64,000 bases of DNA from Candidatus Moraniibacteriota bacterium. Lineage in GTDB: Bacteria > Patescibacteriota > Minisyncoccia > Moranbacterales > UBA1568. Each line of letters starts with the position of its first letter. Position 1 is the stretch's first letter. The stretch covers positions 109,020 through 173,019 of the forward strand of contig CAVURJ010000002.1 of assembly GCA_963743885.1 (NCBI GenBank), given 5' to 3'. Shown piece after piece: positions 61,316 to 64,000 of this stretch. The notes under the pieces are model-generated. The model was not told the DNA's origin. It was given only the letters and a program-made list of their open reading frames with translations, and searched no databases. Both the position numbers and the translations under genes were made by a program.

Positions 61316-61383
61316 TTAGCTCAGGTGGTTAGAGCGCGACACTGATAATGTCGAGGTCCATGGTTCGAGTCCATGATCACCCA
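61310..61383 (+). tRNA. tRNA-Ile(GAT)
   Basis: GGGTGAT/ATCACCC acceptor, CGACA-CTGATAA-TGTCG. Confidence 0.96.
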
Positions 61384-61555
61384 CATGCCGTACCTTCGGT
61401 ACGGAAGTACCAATTACCAAATCACAATATCCAATCAAAGGGACAATGACTAAAATTCGAAACCATGCTATTGTACGGTTTGCTGGATCTTTAGTTGGCA
61501 CCCGTTTGGAAATTGGTGCTTGGAGATTGGAAATTGAAGCGCGATAGCGCGACGC

Positions 61556-61629
61556 AGCGGGGTAGAGCAGTCTGGCAGCTCGTCTGGCTCATAACCAGAA
61601 GGTCGGTGGTTCGAATCCACCCCCCGCAA
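61556..61629 (+). tRNA. tRNA-fMet(CAT), initiator
   Basis: 1:72 mismatch (A:A), A11-U24, TCTGG-CTCATAA-CCAGA. Confidence 0.9.
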
Positions 61630-61779
61630 CTAAGAGTAATAACCAATAATCAAGCACCAATTTCCAAATAAGCTCTAATTTTTCCAAAAACCGAAAATTC
61701 AAATAATTTTGGAGTTTGGAATTTGCAAGTTGGGATTTATTTGTTTCTTGGGATTTGATTATTGGTTATTGCCTTATAG

Positions 61780-61853
61780 GCCAGGGTAGCTCAGTTGGTT
61801 AGAGCACGGGACTCATAAGCCCGGGGTCGCGAGTTCGAATCTCGCCCCTGGTA
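61780..61853 (+). tRNA. tRNA-Met(CAT), probably elongator
   Basis: GCCAGGG/CCCTGGT acceptor, CGGGA-CTCATAA-GCCCG. Confidence 0.88.
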
Positions 61854-61935
61854 CTAAGGAAGTATGATGTATTGTGTATTATGTATTTCGTATTTGAAAT
61901 ACGTAATACAGTATACTTGATACAAGATACATTTT

Positions 61936-62009
61936 GGGGGCGTAGCTCAGCTGGTTAGAGCGCCACACTGTCACTGTGGAGGTCGCGAGTTCGAATCTCG
62001 TCGCTCCCG
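61936..62009 (+). tRNA. tRNA-Asp(GTC)
   Basis: GGGGGCG/CGCTCCC, CCACA-CTGTCAC-TGTGG, G73. Confidence 0.95.
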
Positions 62010-62014
62010 CCCAT

Positions 62015-62053
62015 AAGCAAAAAGAATGGTCCGATGGGCCATTCTTTTTGCTT
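62015..62053 (+). terminator. Terminator after the tRNA cluster
   Basis: AAGCAAAAAGAATGG..CCATTCTTTTTGCTT inverted repeat. Confidence 0.7.
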
Positions 62054-62345
62054 TGAGATGGGGGTCGAGATTCGAACGGGAAAGGGTCGGAAAACGGGAG
62101 TTTTCTGTCGGAGGAGAGCAGGCCTGATGTTCTGTCAGGCCGCTGAGAACCGTGGGTTCTTAGAAGGAGCAAAGCGACGTGTTCAATCTCGTCGCTCCCG
62201 CCCATTCGAAAATCCTCTTCCTCGTTTCGAGGAGGGGGATTTTTGTTTATGGCGGGAAGCGTCGGAATAGGAGCGATTTTGGGCCGTCTTTTGAGAGGGG
62301 ATACGCCTAGGTGTATGATAGAGGCAGAAGTAGTAGTTATATCAT

Positions 62346-63410
62346 ATGCAGGCAGCGAATACGTTCGAACAGGCATTTTCCGGGACGCGGGCAGCGGTCC
62401 TGCTTTCTGGTATTGATGGTATCGCACTGTATGCCAATGATGCCGTCGAACGGAAGACGGGATTTTCGCTCGGCGAAGTCATCGGCCGTGCTCCTGGGAA
62501 ACTCTGGGGCGGCAATATGCCGCGCGCCTTCTATGATGAGCTCTGGGAGACGATCGAAGAGAAACAAGAGCCGTTCGTGGCGGCGCTGACCAATGCGAAG
62601 AAGAATAAGGAGAAGTACGACGAGTTCCTCGCGATCGCACCGGTGTTTGATGATCAGCACGAGACGCTCGAATACTATCTTGCTCTGCAGGTGGGCTGTC
62701 TCGCGCCAGGGGAAGAGCGCGAACGGTTCAGCCGGTCATTCAAGAAGCTTTTTTCCAAGCAGTCGCATTCATCGGCGGATGAGAATCTGCGTTTCGTGGC
62801 AGATGCTGTCGGGACGCGGTTCGCGGTACCGGCCGCGGGCAATCGGTCTCTCTCGGAGATTTTCCGGGAAATGTTCGTCGCTCCTTTCGAGAGCCGATTC
62901 GTGGCGCGGCACGAGGACAAGGTGCTCATCATGGCTGCGAAGGAGGATTCTGAACAGTTCCGCGCTCTGTATGACAAATATCGGAATACGGTCTTCTCGT
63001 ATTTCATGCGACATGTGAATGCCAATCCGGACGTAGCTGAAGACTTGGTGCAGGACACTTTCTATCGCGGATTTCTGTATCTGGATGGTTTCCGTCTCAT
63101 GAACGCTTCGTATGGCACGTACCTTCTGCGGATCGCGCACAATGTCCTCATCAACCATTTCCGCAAGAGGCAATTTTTTGGACTCATGGAGGATGTTCCT
63201 CAGGATCGGGCGACGGAGTCGCTGTTTTCCGAGGAAGCACTTTGGCATTCGCCGCACCTCTCACTCCCTGATCAGCGGGTGCTCGCGATGAAGTATCGGG
63301 AAGGTTATTCCCTCCGGGAGATCGCCGGGGTATTCGATATCAGTGAGAATGCCGCCAAGCTCCGCCTTTCCCGTGCCAGGAAGCGGCTCCGAGGCGCCTT
63401 GCAAGATTGA
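62346..63410 (+). CDS. PAS-domain / ECF sigma-70 factor fusion
   Basis: N-terminal YANDAVERKTGF..FYDELWETI (PAS); AEDLVQDTF, YLLRIAHN (region 2); GYSLREIA..KLRLSRARKRL (region 4). Confidence 0.85.
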   Translation: MQAANTFEQAFSGTRAAVLLSGIDGIALYANDAVERKTGFSLGEVIGRAPGKLWGGNMPRAFYDELWETIEEKQEPFVAALTNAKKNKEKYDEFLAIAPVFDDQHETLEYYLALQVGCLAPGEERERFSRSFKKLFSKQSHSSADENLRFVADAVGTRFAVPAAGNRSLSEIFREMFVAPFESRFVARHEDKVLIMAAKEDSEQFRALYDKYRNTVFSYFMRHVNANPDVAEDLVQDTFYRGFLYLDGFRLMNASYGTYLLRIAHNVLINHFRKRQFFGLMEDVPQDRATESLFSEEALWHSPHLSLPDQRVLAMKYREGYSLREIAGVFDISENAAKLRLSRARKRLRGALQD

Positions 63411-63446
63411 TCGAAGCGTGGTCTAGTCGTGTTTTTGAGTGAAATC

Positions 63447-63462
63447 ATACTACAGGTAGTGG
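63447..63462 (+). promoter_or_regulatory. Possible NrdR box
   Basis: ATACTACAGGTAGTGG resembles acaCwAtATaTwGtg and lies upstream of an RNR gene; second box not clear. Confidence 0.4.
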
Positions 63463-63588
63463 TTTTCCGGTGTCATCATGACACCTTTTTTGTTTTCCGG
63501 TGTTTAACTCTATAGAAGGATATCAAAAAGGGGCCAAGAGCCGCTTTTTTGTGTCAGAAATTAATATCGTAAGCGAAAAATTAGCAAT

Positions 63589-64000
63589 ATGCCGATATAC
63601 AAAATCCAAAAGCGTAGTGGTAGCATTGTCGATTTCGATCTCGAGAAGATCCGCCAGGCCATCGCCAAGGCGGCCGAGGTGACCGGCATGCAGGATGCTA
63701 TCGCACCCCAAGTGCTCTCTGAAGACGTGCTTGCTGAGCTTGAGACGCGGTTTGTGGACGGTATCCCGACCGTTGAAGAAGTGCAGGATATCGTCGAGGA
63801 GACGCTCATCCGCTATGATTATGCCGATACTGCCAAGGCCTATATCCTCTATCGCGAGAAGCGTCGTGAGGCGCGTGAGGCGAAGAATGTCGTGGTCCAG
63901 GTGGAGAAGACGATCCGCGAGTATCTCGAGAAGCTCGACTGGCGGGTCAATGCCAATTCGAACCAGGGGTACTCGCTCGGCGGCATGATTCTCAATACGG
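63589..64000 (+). CDS. nrdD: Anaerobic (class III) ribonucleoside-triphosphate reductase, 3'-truncated
   Basis: ATP cone IQKRSG..VEEVQDIVE..AKAYILYR followed by DWRVNANSNQGYSLGG. Confidence 0.88.
   Translation, partial: MPIYKIQKRSGSIVDFDLEKIRQAIAKAAEVTGMQDAIAPQVLSEDVLAELETRFVDGIPTVEEVQDIVEETLIRYDYADTAKAYILYREKRREAREAKNVVVQVEKTIREYLEKLDWRVNANSNQGYSLGGMILNT

Noticed and set aside
59686-62205. Prophage or integrative island at the tRNA cluster
   Set aside because: Duplications enclose only 170-310 bp and there are no integrase or phage genes

Overview
Bacterial chromosome segment that looks like Patescibacteria/CPR (Parcubacteria-type; inferred from TrbC/VirB2-like pilins, PilB, DprA, a 23S-5S unit with no 16S in the window, rRNA introns and CCA-less tRNA genes), using standard code 11. 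(1) 1-13.2 kb: accessory surface/biosynthetic locus with Lnt, a UbiA prenyltransferase, an FkbO/Hyg5-like Rid protein, a SagB-type dehydrogenase, YcaO and a small Gly/Ser/Cys-rich precursor with an N-terminal membrane segment, i.e. a candidate azol(in)e RiPP system. (2) 13.4-20.9 kb: PRTase-propeller fusion, PP-loop protein, cupin and Na+/solute symporter, interleaved with two paralogous secreted proteins. (3) 24.3-29.1 kb: 23S rRNA with two group I introns (L1917 with a decayed LAGLIDADG, L2593) and three IVSs, then 5S. (4) 29-64 kb: mostly core genes (rodA, secG, OppA-like, PGI/PMI, manC, rnj, trpS, PMM, ychF, groEL, pilB, rel, topA, dprA, nrdD), pilins/adhesins and six tRNAs. Two tRNAs carry small GIY-YIG genes between a duplicated tRNA 5' fragment and the intact tRNA; one is bounded by a 20-bp inverted repeat whose CCCCTCACTTG end recurs on a 23S IVS. 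Several MITE-like and ultra-short palindromic repeat families are scattered throughout. Some single-base frameshifts may be sequencing errors. All calls come from reading motifs by eye; no searches were run.
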